Assembly: GCA_024137785.1 (NCBI GenBank) | Contig: JAHRHZ010000251.1 | Span: forward strand, 20,324,908-20,388,907 | Direction of reading: 5' to 3' | Length of the DNA stretch: 64,000 nt | Source of the DNA: Ginglymostoma cirratum | Lineage: Eukaryota | Shown: one piece after another, positions 1-13,419 of the stretch | Position numbering within the stretch: position 1 is the stretch's first letter | How the letters are laid out: every line of letters begins with the position of its first letter | Notes under the pieces: model-generated | What the model was told of the DNA's origin: nothing | The model's input: only the letters and a program-made list of their open reading frames with translations | Database searches by the model: none | Translations under genes and position numbers: made by a program

Positions 1-66
1 TCAGCCTTCCTGCTCCTCTGATGCTGCTTGGCCTGCTGTGTTCATCCAGCTCTATACCTTGTTATC
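1..66 (+). mobile_element. End of a Penelope-like terminal repeat (truncated by window edge)
   Basis: Near-identical to 26446-26510 and similar to 26858-26922 (tcagccttcctgctcctctgatgctgcttggcctgctgtgttcatccagctc). Confidence 0.65.
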
Positions 67-1222
67 ACTGAAATGAGACTGACTTGTTAGTCAGATGTTA
101 CAGCCCTTAATGATTTTCCCTTATTTTTATTTTATTGTTTTATCAACTTTCATTCAAAGAACTGGGATCTTGAGCTGAAGATGACTTTGGACTATGGGTA
201 ACAGCTTGTGTTAAAAGGATACCGACCAAACAACCTTTTATTTATTTGTGAGGCCTGGCCTAGTAGTTCATTGTTGTTGGTTCCTGATCAATGTTTGGCA
301 AATGCTTCATCATTGGGGAAGAGCATTAAGTTTAAACAGTCAGCAGAAGCTGGCTATTAACAAGGTCAGTACTTGGGAATTGGTTCCAGCAAGTCTAGAA
401 AAGAATTTATGCTTAAGCAGATGGCAGAATTTGAATGGTAACTGGGACTTTGTGGGGAGACAGTCAGTCTGTCAGGGTGTTTGAATTGGGTTTTGGACTG
501 TGTTTTCTGTGAAAAAGGAATCTGGCTGTTGAAGCCGCAGCATGAAGACTTGAAAGCTCTCTGTGTAACCTCTCACGAGCAGCTCTTAGAAGCTCAGTGA
601 AAACTAAGAAATAAGTATTTCTACTTTTATCTGAGTGAACTGTAAGTCTGACTCTGATCGACACCTTCTGAAAATCGACCAAGATGCTGTCATCTGTGCC
701 TGTAGAACAACGCATCCTGGAATAATGAGCCGCAAATCCTGCCCCTCTCTCAGTGGTAGCAATTACATCATACCTCTATGTCTTAGCTTGTTCCCTGAAA
801 TTGTCTGCCTTCTTCGTCAGATTCCTTGCACTAAAATAAATATCCTCCAAATTACCAAATTCCTTCAGGCTTCAACTGACCTGTAATTTCTATACTTTCC
901 TGACTCACTTGCTGTCTCTTCTAATTTTGGTCTTTCATGTCCCCTGCTGAATTTTCTCTGAGGATCCTACACCACCCTGCAAAGTTAATTTACACCCAAG
1001 GTTAGAGACCAGCCCAATTTGCAGACACACGTTAGTAAATAATGCACTTGCTAAAGTTCGAACAACCTAAAGGATATTTGCAATTAGACAGAAAACTTAA
1101 GTGAGTGGGGACTTTAGACTGTAGCTAAATGCTACGTGTTTGATGTTCTCCTACACAATTTCACTCAGTTGTGCCACTCCCACCTTCGAGACAGAAGCTA
1201 TACATTCAACAAACTTGAACAT

Positions 1223-1673
1223 AGGCCTAACATACGATGAATGGCTGAGGATCCTGGGATTGTATTCATTGGAGTTTGGAAGGTTGAGGGGAGATCTAAT
1301 AGAAACTTGCAAGATAATGCATGGCTTAGAAAGGGTGGACGCTGGGAAGTTGTTTCCGTTAGGTGGGGGTACTAGGACCCATGGGCACAGCCTTAGAATT
1401 AGAGGGAGTCAATTTAGAACGGAAATGAGGAGACATTTCTTCAGCCAGAGAGCGGTGGGCCTGTGGAATTCATTGCCACGGAGCGTAGTGGAGGCTGGGA
1501 CGTTGAATGTCTTCAAGGCAGAGATTGATAAGTTCTTGATCTCGCAAGGAATCAAGGGCTATGGGGAGAGTGCGGGTAAGTGGAGTTGAAATGCCCATCA
1601 GCCATGATTAAATGGTGGCGTGGACTCGATGGGCCGAATGGCCTTACTTCCACTCCTATGTCTTAAGGTCTCA
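1223..1673 (+). mobile_element. CR1-type LINE, 5'-truncated 3' end
   Basis: ORF 1140..1589 contains LGLYSLE.RLRGDLIE..KI...RTxGHSL...FFSQR.V.LWNSLP, the CR1 ORF2 C-terminus. It is followed by a CR1 3' UTR (gggccgaatggcct...cctatgtctta). Confidence 0.9.
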
Positions 1674-3329
1674 TATACTTTAAGCTGATACTTCACTACA
1701 GTAAGGGGGAAGCGGGGAGGTGGGTGGAAGGATGTCACTGTTGAAATTGAAGTCTCACAATGAGTCACTAATCTAAAGCCATCTCTGGACCCTCAGGTGG
1801 AGGCCCTGTCCCAGATCAAGATGTTCTGCTTCAATATCCAAGCCAATATTAATCCTTCAACCAGCATCATTATAAAAAGGGTTTACAATTATTATGTACT
1901 TCTTCACTTGCCGCTGTTTTTCTACCAAATCAACCCCAAAGTTCGGGGTCCGGTTCCGAGCCCAGGATTCCATTGGCCCCGGATTTCCTTGAGGCTTCTG
2001 TAGCATCCTCGCTGCAGCACAGTTGGTCTTGCCTGGCCCGGGAGTCCTCTCGGTGGCTTAGGTAATCATTTTTGTTGGTATTGGTTTGGGTCTCGTTGTG
2101 GCGATCAGTCTGTGACTCCATACAGCTTTTTCTTTGGCATCATGATGGGTCTGGCCCAGGACTCCAATGGTGATTTGGGTCCTCAAGCTCAGAGCCATGA
2201 AATGGACGAAGTGGACTTTGTCTTAAATTCTTCTTTAAAAATTTCTTTTTATTTCTGTTATTTTGTTGTGGAAGGACTGTTACTCTGAACTTATTATTTC
2301 TTTATTTTTCTAATTTTTTTCCTAAGAATTTGTATTCAAGAATCTGTACCTAGATAGCTTTATACCTAAAATTGCACCATAAGTGACAACTTGTAAACTT
2401 TTCACTGTACTCATGCGAATAAATGTAGCAATCAAGCTAATTCAGCTACAAAGTGATCAATTTTGCCATTTGTAGAACCTTGTGCTGTGCAAATTTAAGC
2501 CATTGTGTTAGGTCATTTAAGTAATCTATACTCCATTACTTAAAGGGATTTTTAGAAAAAATCACATGGAACTTTATCTGTTTTCAAAAGATTTGGTTGA
2601 AAAATACAGTCCTTGATGGGTTGGAAATTGATGATTTTGCATTCCACACATGGCAAAGAGATGAAACATAATGTGTTTGAATTGTTTTGTCAAGCTACTG
2701 TTTGTGATATTTTCATATAAACCAGAAATGGAAAGGAGCTGGGCCAGAGAATAAGAGCAGCAAAAAGGGAGTATAAGCTGCCGGGCAGAGTGAAGATGCA
2801 GAGAGACGGAGCGAGGAGGTTAAGAGTGGGGTCAGATATTGGGATCAAATGGAGATGAAATGGAAAAAGGACAAGAGGCAAGTAGAAAAAAAGACAAACG
2901 GGGGTAGCAGGCACAACTTGATCAGGGCACTGAAGTTTTGAAAGCATGCAACATCAAGTTGAACATACTGAAATGTGTCTTATATCCATATGCAAGTGAA
3001 GAAGTACAAATGGGATGCGAAGAAAGTAGAAAATGAACAGGAAGGTCCCATTGCACTGAGACATGAGGAGGTCTTTAGCAGGAGTGGTCAGCAGCCATGG
3101 GATCTGTCCTTCATTCTTGGCTGCAGTAATGAGAAAGAATCAATGACATTATTCCAGTAGTTTACATTGTTGTTGTAATCATTACTATCATTATAAAAAT
3201 CATTAATATCATCATTACTGTTACCACCATTGTACCATATCTAGAAAAGTTGTACCACTCTTTAAACTGATGTATATAAGTATAAAAGTCCCATATTCTG
3301 TGACGATCACACTCTATCTCATTCCAGGC

Positions 3330-5525
3330 TGGAGTAAAATCATAGCCTTCCTGTACCCCTGAATGGCCCCTTCAGGCATTCTGACCACATAAAATCTCAG
3401 TTATTCTGTTTTTCTGATGATTGTATTTTTTGACGTCCTGTCCTTTAACCAAATTTTCTGTCTTGGCTTTAAGATTGGTAAAGGTTTTGCTCTAGAATTC
3501 CAGCGCTTAGTTTTTCTGTAGCTTTTCCCTAGTTTTTTTTTAAAAGTTTCTCGTCGTCTTAAGCTGTTACATTTGATTTGAGGTTGTGTTTGAAAATTAG
3601 CGCATCTCATTTTAAACTTCTTACTATTAAAAATTATACTGGTGAGTACCTATTATTCCATGGTGCAGTTGTGTAGCTGACTGCAAGTCTGGATTTGTAT
3701 GCATCAGTTGCCTTATAGTCTTGACTCTCTTTCCATCTCTCCGTTTGACTGAGAATGGAGTAGGGAACTTGTCACCTGATTAACGCCTGTCTCCAAAGTG
3801 AATTTCCTGAAACACTCATTCACGAATCAAGCCCATTGTCCTTTTCAATGCTGTGATCATTGAATCCGCTCTGGTTGCATGAGGTTGACGAGAACTAAAA
3901 ACATCTTCCCTTTAAAATTGAACAAATCCGTTGCCACCTTTCCTATAGCCTTTCCAGAAATTTTGATAAAAACATTGGTTCTCTAGGGACATGGTTAATT
4001 AATATACATTTGGCACAACAGAATGTAATCTGAGACATCTTTTGATACGCCATGACATGCTGTTATAAAAGCTGCAGATGCTGACAATCTTAAACAAACA
4101 CAGAGAATGCTGGCGAAACTCAGCAGGTCTGGCAGCATCTGTGGAGAAAGAAAGAAACTTAACCTTTCAAGTCCGGTGTGACTTTTATTCAGAACTTAAA
4201 GGTGTTGTAAAATTGCATCCTTTTATATTCTTGACAGAGGCAGTGGAGGAACAACTTAATTAATTTACTTAAAGTGTTGTGTAGCATTTATGCCATGGAC
4301 CAAAACTCACTAATGCTTCTTGTCTTCCTTGGAGCTACAGTGGTGCCTTGTTTTTGAACAATGTGTCCTAGAAATGTAATTAAGCATTCTGGAAAATTGA
4401 CATTTCTCATCTAGTGTAAGACCTTTCACACATCCTTGACCCTCTAAGTCATGCTTCTTCTTCATTGTACCATGCAATTGGATGTCATCCATACAGTAAA
4501 AGGTTCCTCGTTTCCCTTCCAGGATTCCAGACATTGCTCTTTGGAAATCTCTGGTATAAAGGAGATCCTAAATGATAATTTTGACTTTTAAACTAAGGTT
4601 ATCTGTCAAAAGCTACTGTTGGCATACGCTTTTCTGAAAAACTTACTTGTTGCCAACTTTACCAAGTTATCATCGACAAACAAAATAAGATAAATTTTCC
4701 TTCCAATTCTTTTGTTTAACTGAGTGAGATTGATACACGATTTTAGATTTTTCCATTTATCTTGGCAACAGTTACCAGACCTAAGCTCCATTGAGTAGTT
4801 CTGAAACTGGCAGTACAACCCTGTTTTCAATCATGCTGTGTAACTAAGGTTTTACTTTTCCTATCAAAGAAAGATGAATTTTCCCAGGAGTACACAAGCA
4901 GATGGATTTAGTTTCTTCTTGCTGAGTAATGTGATACTCCTGCTTCAGTTTGTCTAAACATTTGAATAGCTGTGGAAATTCTTGCCAAAAGTCCCTCTCA
5001 TTTTCATTATGAAGTAGTGTATCTACTCTTTCTATGAGACCCAGAAGAATAGACACATTCCTGTTCAACAATGTGATATTCCAATTCCTTAGTATATATA
5101 ACGTTTCACTGACAGTTCATCCTCTGTGGCTAAGATTCAGGAAGATTTCGCCATTTACCAAAAAATCTAGACTTGAGTGTTTTTTGTGCTGGTCTGACTC
5201 TTACAGACTTCAACCATGTTAAGCTGTCTGCCAGTTCAGAAACAAGTGATTCTGTGCTGATGGTAAATTCTGCATCAAAGCCTTGTACGCTCAGACTGAC
5301 GGCCCGGAGTCTGTTTGACTTTCTTTGACTTCAGTTAGGAATGGTGTCTTCACCTCTCGTTTTGTATCTTTAATTTGTTGAACACGTTCCTTCCATGGCT
5401 TTCATTCCCCTGGAAATTTTAATTTTCCAGGGCCTTTTCATTTCCTTTGAGCTAATGAAGGTGCTTTTGGTGTACAATATTTCCCCAGGTATCTCAACTG
5501 GCCACACTTACAGCAATCAACTTTA
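3330..5525 (-). mobile_element. Degenerate Gypsy-type LTR retrotransposon internal region (gag knuckle, RT, integrase)
   Basis: Minus-strand fragments: CCKCGQLRYLGKYC (about 5475-5520); FWQEFPQLFKCLDKLK; KAYANSSF (LDANSGF-like); GTFYCMDDIQLHG (RT YxDD); ERVATDLFNFKGK (integrase, about 3900-3945). Many stops and frameshifts. Confidence 0.8.
4064..4197 (-). mobile_element. Penelope-like terminal-repeat fragment nested in the Gypsy relic
   Basis: agagaatgctggcgaaactcagcaggtctggcagcatctgtggag is shared with the copies at 10973 and 58979. Confidence 0.6.
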
Positions 5526-5534
5526 ACTACTGCG

Positions 5535-5670
5535 AGAGAAACAGAGTTAGGATTTTGAGTTTAATGACTCCTGAAGAATCATTGGACCTGAAAAGTTAAC
5601 TCTGTTTCTCTCTCCACAGATGCTGCCAGATTGGCTGACTATTTTCATCACTTTCTGTTTTTATTTCAGA
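5535..5670. mobile_element. Penelope-like terminal-repeat fragment with short inverted arms
   Basis: gagagaaacagagtta ... taactctgtttctctc inverted pair, followed by tccacagatgctgccaga. Confidence 0.6.
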
Positions 5671-5767
5671 ACTATTTCTGGATTATTTTGCTTGTCTCCC
5701 TCTGCTGGCCGTCTGTTGCACTTGTGATTCTGTTTGGAGCAACATCTTGTCCAGCCAAATTTATTTT

Positions 5768-7257
5768 TAGAACTAGGAGCAGGAGTAGGCCATCTGGCCC
5801 CTTGAGCCTGCCCCGCCATTTAGTAAGATCATGGCTGATCTTTAAGATTCAGCTCCACTTACCCGCCCACTCACCGTAACCCTTAATTGCTTTACTGTTC
5901 AAAAATTTATCTAGCCTTGCCTTAAAAACATTCAGTGAGGTAGCTTCAACCGCTTCACTGGGCAGGGAATTCCACAGATTCACAACCCTTTGGGTGAAGA
6001 AGTTTCTCCTGACCTCAGTCCTACATCTGCTTCCATTTATTTTGAGGCAATGCCCTCTAGTCCTAGTTTTACCTGCTAGCAGAAACAACCTCCCTGCCTC
6101 CACCTTATCTATTCCCTTCATAATTTTATATGTTTCTATAAGATCTCCCCTCATTCTTCTGAATTCCAATGAGTGTAATCCCATTCTACTCAGTCTCTCC
6201 TCATAATCCAACCCTCTCAACTCTGGAATCAACCGAGTGAATCTCCTCTGCACCCCCTCCAGTGCTAGTATATCTCTTCTCATGTAAGGAGACCACTGTA
6301 CTCCAGATGTGGCCTCACCAGGACACTCTACAGCTGCAGCATAGCCTCCTTGTTTTCAAACTCCATCCCTTGAGCAATGGCAGACAAAATTTCATTTGCC
6401 TTTTTAATCACCTGCTGCATCTGCAATCCCACCTTCAGCGATTCATGCACAAGGACACCCAAGTATCTTTCCACAGCAGCATGCTGCAATTTTTTACCAT
6501 TTAAAATATAGTCCATTTTGCTGTTGTTCCTACCAAAATGGATGATCTCACACTTATCAACATTGTACTCCATCTGCCAGACCTTTGCCACTCACTTAGA
6601 CTATCTATATCCCTCTGCAGACTTTCAGCGTCTTCTGCACACTTTGCTCTACCACTCACCTTAGTGTCATCTGCAAATTTTGACACACCACACTTAGTCC
6701 CCAACTCCAAATCATCTATGTAAATTGTAAACAATTGAGGTCCCAACACTGATCCCTGAGGCACACCACTAGGCACTGACCGCCAACCAGAAAAACACCC
6801 GTTTATCCCTACTCTTTGCTTTCTACTGGTCAACCAATCCTCTATCCGTGCCAATACATTACATGTAATACCGCGCAACTTTATCTTATGTAGCAGCCTT
6901 TGGTGTGGTACCTTGTCAAATGCCTTCTGGAAATCCAGATACACCACATCCACAGGTTCCCCATTGTCCACCATGCAAGTAATGTCCTCAAAGAATTCCA
7001 CCAAATTAGTTAAACATGACCTACCCTTCATGAACCCAAGCTGGGTGTTCCCAATGGGACAATTTATATCCAAATGTCTTGCTATTTCTTCCTTAATGAT
7101 GGTTTCAAGCATTTTCCCCACTACTGAAGTTAAGCTAACTGGCCTATAGTTACCTGCTTTTTGACTACTTCCTTTTTTAAACAGTGGTGTCACATTGGCT
7201 GTTTTCCAATCTGCGGGAACCACCCCAGAGTCCAGTGAATTTTTGTAAATAATTACT
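5768..7257 (-). mobile_element. CR1-type LINE, about 1.5 kb 3' portion with reverse transcriptase, frameshifted
   Basis: ORFs 6501..7223 (NYRPVSLTS, YLDFQKAFDKV, GVPQGSVLGP, KFADDTK), 6328..6591 and 5849..6283 (RGDLIETYKI...LWNSLP) are in different frames. 3' UTR ends at about 5770. Confidence 0.95.
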
Positions 7258-8819
7258 CATGCAAATATGGTCAATGACACTGATTCTTACTCTTCAAGAA
7301 TTTGGCAAGTTTTTGGAATTGCAATGCTACATCTTGAGGCCTACCCATCTGAGCCTGTCAGAAGAATCCCTAATGTTTTTCCACAATACTGGCCGATATT
7401 GAGCCCAGATGTCTGCTTGTACAGTAAATTGAATTGCTTGTTTCGACGTTAAACCCTCCAAGGATTGAAGAAAGGCTAATAATTTCCCAGCCCTCATATG
7501 ACTATTCAATGGTCTCAAAATAATTCATTCTTCAACACTTCATATCTGCAATATCTTCTAAGTGTATTAATATGGTCCAATCTATTGGTTCTCCCAAACA
7601 CTGGGGATGCTGATTAAATATTACCTGATGTATTGCCAAATTTCTTAATCATACTCCATAATGCATTCTTATACTTTTTGTCTTAGCAGAATGTTTTGAA
7701 CCTATAACATACAAAAATGAACTGACCTGAAGTTGCTGCACCCTTATGTATAAGTCTGAAACCACCATCCCGTAGCTGTCATGTCCAGACATCCCACCTC
7801 TGGTCTTGTTGTGCATCTTCTATACTATCAAGTGGTTGAGGTAGTGGCAAACTCTCTACTAGAGCTATCATCTCTACAGGCTTTTGTGCCTGACAGACCT
7901 GAGTAAGACCTTGGTATTTTTCTTCTTACTGATAAAATATTCCAAACCAGTGTTTTTGCCTACAAACTGTTGCCAGTTTGTGGCTAGTCTCCAGAACTTT
8001 CCTTCTGTAGTCCCTCAGCATCTTCGCACAACGTAGCCCAGTAATGTCAATCTTCCAAGACCCCCGTCCTTTCCTTCAAAGCCTTCCTCTTTTCCAGTTT
8101 TTTTAAACCCTTTGATGTTTTGGCCTACCTTCAGAGTATCTCCTTTTCAGCTGTGTCCCTGGACTCTGTTTTAACTTCAGATCCGAGTACTACAGGTTTG
8201 CTTCCTCAGCTGCTACTATTTTTTATCGTGTGCTTTAAGTCAATACTACTACATGCACATTGAGATACCACTCTGGAGTGTGTGTGGTCTGTGAGTGTCT
8301 GCACATACACAATCCCTGAGGCTGCTTCTTCCTATCTCTACTTAAGGCTCTTCAACTCCTTATTCAACCTTTTTCATACTGCAGTATTCCTTTATTTTTA
8401 CCTGTACGTGGTGGATTATCAAATGCAAATTTCTTGTGTAGTGTCTTATAACGACAAGGTGACCTGCCTGACATTGCCAGCTTCACTCCCTTCAAAGAAG
8501 GGCTGCTGAAATTGGGATGGGTAATGAAACTGTGAATGGTGAGATGGGTGTACAGCCCTGAGAAAATGAGTGCCCATGAGAATAAGTCTAAAAGACCCTT
8601 TTGCATGTGCAGGACATTGTGTCCATGTGTGCATTGTGGCTCATACATGATGATGAATATTCAGAAGGAAAGGTTGGAAAGTCCTCTCATCAGTTTAATT
8701 CCTTTAGTTGATTATAGATAAGAGCAGTAAGCTACTGAGCTTGAGGGACAAGCCCTGCTCACCTCCAACCGCCAGCCCCACAAATAGGTAGAGATTGGAT
8801 GCTCTTTCATTTCATTCTC

Positions 8820-9025
8820 CAATACCTAACTCCAGATGGAGGTAGTCAATGTGGGATGATGGGATGCTAATAAAGCGGGCTGCTTTGTCTTGGATGGTAT
8901 TGAGTTTCTTGAGTGTTGTTAAAGCTGTTCTCATCCAGGCAAGTGGGGAGTATTCCATCATGCATCTGACTTGTGCCTTGTAGATGGTGGAAAGATTTTG
9001 GGGAGTCATGAGATGAGACATTGTC
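8820..9025 (-). mobile_element. Non-LTR retrotransposon RT C-terminal fragment
   Basis: ORF 8812..9105: LSTIYKAQVRCMMEYSPLAWM...LKKLNTIQDKAARFI. Confidence 0.75.
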
Positions 9026-9409
9026 ATGTCAGCCAGTAGTAATGGGGTTACAATCTGATGAGCACAGCACAGACATGCCTGAATTGCTGATGAAGGCAGT
9101 GACACCTGAGGTCACTCATATTCAGAGGACTGAGGGAGGGCAGAACAATGGTCAGCTTCAGGTTGATTATGGAGTCATCCACAAAGCAGCTGATGCCAGA
9201 GCTGCAGTGTGAGATACCTCTTGTAATTGGTTGGGAAGCCATCAGGGTTTATCTGATGGTCTCTCCAAATAGGGTCCTTCCTAACACAGCCGAATGCCTC
9301 AAGGAGCATGCAGTAGCTTGTCATTGGACCCGAAACTGGCTGAATTAGCTGCACATGGGCTGCTACGTCTGATGTCCCCACCACTGGCAATATGCAGTGG
9401 TTATGATTC

Positions 9410-9790
9410 CAATTCCCTTCTTGCTGCTTCTCTCTGCCATATCGCCAGGTCTCCCATCTCGCAGACTCCCTCTATATTATTGGGAAAATTCAACCCTAAA
9501 ATTTCACTAACTTTGGTTATGTTTCCCCTTGTGTATCCCCACCATAGTCTATCAGTTGGCAGTAGTATCATCAGCCATTTAGGCCCTGCAATCTGGAATT
9601 ATCCCTACTAAACCTCTCCCACCCTTCCTTTCCTTCTTCAAAATTAGCTAATATTTTGACTCAGCTTCTTTCTTGTCTCCTTCATTGGCTCAGTGTCAGG
9701 TTTTGCTTGGTTGTGTTCCTGTGAAATACTTCAAAGTATTTTTAAACTATGTTGAAGGTGCTGTATGATTAATGTTTATTATTCCTGTTG
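9410..9790 (+). mobile_element. L2-like LINE 3' remnant
   Basis: tcagccatttaggccctgcaatctggaattatccctac (GP.IWN.LP-like) and tail tgtgaaatactt...tatgttgaaggtgctgtat. Confidence 0.55.
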
Positions 9791-10972
9791 TATAAAAGAG
9801 ATCCTCATCTCCAGACTATATTACAGACCTGAAATTCGCAACTGAGATATATTGTTGAATGTATGCAGCAGCAGTATAGAGGGTTACAATTTTATTTACT
9901 TTTGTGACTTTAACTCTAGATGACCAAAGATTTATTTCATTATATTTTGCATCAATAGTTCTCAAAGTGAGGATCCTCGAGACATTGTAACATGTCCACA
10001 GGGGCTTACCAAGTAGAGATAGACTCGTAGGTAGGCAAGGTGGGAGCCAGAGTGCAAGCTAGTTGATAGGAGTAAACTGCAGTGCCACATGTGTAATGCA
10101 AAGTTGGCTGGCAGTCTCATAGTGGGAGGTAAGAAGATCACTGTAATCTGTAAATAAATAGCTTATTTTTCCTGAAAAACATGATTGAAACAGTCCTTGC
10201 ATGCAGCACTTGCATCTTATGAGTATCACGTAGTACTATAAATGAAGTGTCCTTAACTTGCAATCCATTCAAAAGGGGTCCTTCAGTCAAAAATATTTGA
10301 GAATGATTGAATTTCGATAGGTAAAGGATATATATTTATATCATAAAACAAAAATATTCCTCTCTAAGAAACTTTACACAATAGATTAAAACACAATTGT
10401 CTCTCTTTGTTGTGCTTGGGGAGAAATTATTAGAGAAAGAATTTTAAAAATTCTAGAGCCTCGGTTACCATAGCCAATCTTTTTGTACTGTTGTCCACTC
10501 TCAATCAGTCATCTTTCCAAATGACAAAAAGAGCATTCATAAGACACACCTTCTTTTCCTGTATAACAAAAATATACTATTTACCAATGTGAAGACCTCT
10601 GAGTTATTGTATAATTTGGAGATATAAGCACTAAGATTATTTCTACATCATACTACCCTTGATACAAATATCTTCACAGACATGCAAAGACTTGAAATTG
10701 GTGTGAAACCCTGCAACTCCTGTGGTGTAAATAGGTGTTATGGCGCACTCGAGGCATGAATTTCAATGATTTAAATGCAAACTGGTGAAAAGTGAAGGCC
10801 CTGATGGCCTGCATCTCAGCATTTTCAAGAGTTGTGACCTGCATGCATTGCTTGCTTCAGCATCTTTAAGACTGCTGGGTGAAGTTATATGTTATTGCAA
10901 ACCAATACTAAAGAGAGATGGAAACCATTCCAATGTATTTGAAGTCTGTTCAGTAAAGGCTTTTGAATTTAA

Positions 10973-11141
10973 GAACAAAAACAGAAGTTGCTGGAAAAGC
11001 TCAGCAGGTCTGGCAGCATTTGTGAAGAAAAAAGTCAGAGTTAACATTTTGGGTCCGGTGAGGAATGGTCAAAATGTTAACTCTGAGCTTTTCCAGCAAC
11101 TTCTGTTTTTGTTACTGATTTACAGCATCCACAGTTCTTTC
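10973..11141. mobile_element. Short Penelope-derived fold-back insertion with 15-bp TSD
   Basis: Inverted arms aacaaaaacagaagttgctggaaaagctcag / ctgagcttttccagcaacttctgtttttgtt and cagagttaacatttt / aaaatgttaactctg. Perfect direct repeat ggcttttgaatttaa at 10958-10972 and 11142-11156. Confidence 0.75.
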
Positions 11142-13419
11142 GGCTTTTGAATTTAACATTTTTCCAGTTTTTATGATTTACACTGTTGATCCATTTGGGG
11201 TAGGATTAGATAGATGGTCTGGTATGATAATCCTATCATATTTAGATGGACCATCTATCATAAGAAGAACGGAATCAGGCTGCAAGTGCATTATGGGCTG
11301 GGTTTTGGCCTACCACAAACTCCCTCTACCTTGTTCACCCCAGCCACTCCCAACTCTCACCCAAGACTGCCAGTCTGGCTATGGCAATATTCCACTATGA
11401 AACATCTGTAGACAGCTCATAGACAACATTTGAATTTTCCTAGCCATTTAAAGGGAGTCTGCGAGGTGGGAGGTCTGGCAACTCATGTATGTGTCTGGAA
11501 AGTTGATGGCCATTTGATTATCTGGTGGTTCTCGGAGGTTGCACATCATTCCCATTGTTTGAATTTTAATCTGGAGTTGGTGTCACTGCTGCCTGAAATA
11601 GAAATCCAGGGTGAGCCTCCTTCTTCTTGTCTTGCTCACCCCAAGCCATTTAATGGCCATTTGGCTTGATCTGGGACTTCTCTACTATCTAAGGAGGACA
11701 TTCTACCTTCAAAAGCTGTCAACTTATTTAAATGATTGACAACTTGTTGCTCTCAGCAGTGCCACTGGAGGCAGTGGCCACTACTGGTACTGCAGAAAAT
11801 CCAGAAGCACACTCGTTGGTGGGGCCAATGTAAATTAAGTGGTGGCTATTTTGCCAGGCCCAGGCTGGCAGGGCCCAGCAAAGTGGGAGAGAGGGGTTTA
11901 CAGATAGGAGAAGATACAAGGGCAGATGTAGGTATGAGAAAACCCTCATAGGCACAAAGGTCCTGCAGAGAAGATACCCGTCCTTTGCCTAGCTATCAAC
12001 TTCAGTAATGAAAGCTGGACCTGTCCTGCCATGGGTTAGATCCCAGCACCTTAGTGGTGGTCAGTAAGTGGTCATTAATTGTTCATTTAAGGGTCTTAAT
12101 TGCCTCATGGGCAGGGAGACCTCCCAAGCACCATCCTACCATTGGTAAGAAGACAATGGGGATAGAATGCAGAGCCAGTGCATTACAACGTCACCACCCA
12201 TCCCCCACCACTTCTGCCAGCCAGCCTGTCTCTGATTACTGTCAAATGGCTGGGGGAGGGGAGAGAGGGATAGTGAGCACCGTAAGCAGTGATGCCAAGC
12301 AACCTTTTTATCTTGGACTTCAGCACCAAATCAAACCCTGCAGTGCAATATATCTTTATTACCCTAGAATAGTCTTTATACCTAATGTAAAGTCATAGCA
12401 ATATAATTACGGTCAAAACCTTTTCGATCTTACCTGAATTGTTTTTGTTTCAAAAATAACTCTGTTTTTAGTTTTGTTATTGAAATAAGCTTGGAAATTT
12501 CATGAGTATCTCCATACACATCCACTTGCGTGAGGATCACAAGATTAATGTTATCTGCCATTAGGATAAAAAACGCTTTTAGAATTTAATATGAAAACAA
12601 TTTTTGGGGATATCCATTTTATTGTCAGTCATGTACAATTACTTACTATATGACAGCAGTGTATATAAACCTTTGTTTGACTATGAAACATTGAAGAATG
12701 TGGTTTAGCCCAATCATCTTAGCAGTAGTTGTCTGACAGGGACCTGATCACTCTCGCGAGATGGTGGGGCACTATCTTATTCAGAGGTGACAGTCAGATA
12801 TGACGGGTATTTGGCTGTAGCACTTATAGAAAAGCCCAATAAATCCTCTTATGTATGAGATAGCTGTTAAACTGCCACTTCAAGCATGAAATTCTCAAAT
12901 GTCAGGGAAGATTTTGCAAACCATTGTTGAAATTCATTTCTAATCTTTTCTCAGTGTCATGATCTGTCTAATCGTAAAATTTCTTTTAATTCTTTTAAGT
13001 GAATAGCAATAGGCTCTTCCATAATAATTATTAATGCAGTGAAGTAAAGAGGATATTGTCTGATTAGAAATAAAATTTTAATGAATTTTTTTTCTGAGTA
13101 ATGCTATAGAACAACCGAAAGCTTTTATTGAAGGGGGTGATGAAGTATTACCAAAACTCATCAGATGCCAATGCAGAATTTCATTGTAGAGCAACAACTG
13201 ATAAGTATCTAGTGCAGCTTCGAAGATTAAAATACCACTTTGTGCGGCGTTCTTTATAATACTTTGAATTGAAGCTCGTAATTAAGGAATACAAGAACCA
13301 TTTACATTGTGATCGCCCACTCAAAGCAGGCATAAATTTTTGTGAATTCCCACTGGAAATAATTAAATCTTTGAAGCTATGGGCATAAGGGTTTGAGACC
13401 AATAGGGATCAAAACCTAC

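Noticed and set aside
97-650. Possible solo LTR beginning tgttaca
   Set aside because: No second copy, terminal CA, TSD or PBS/PPT could be identified.
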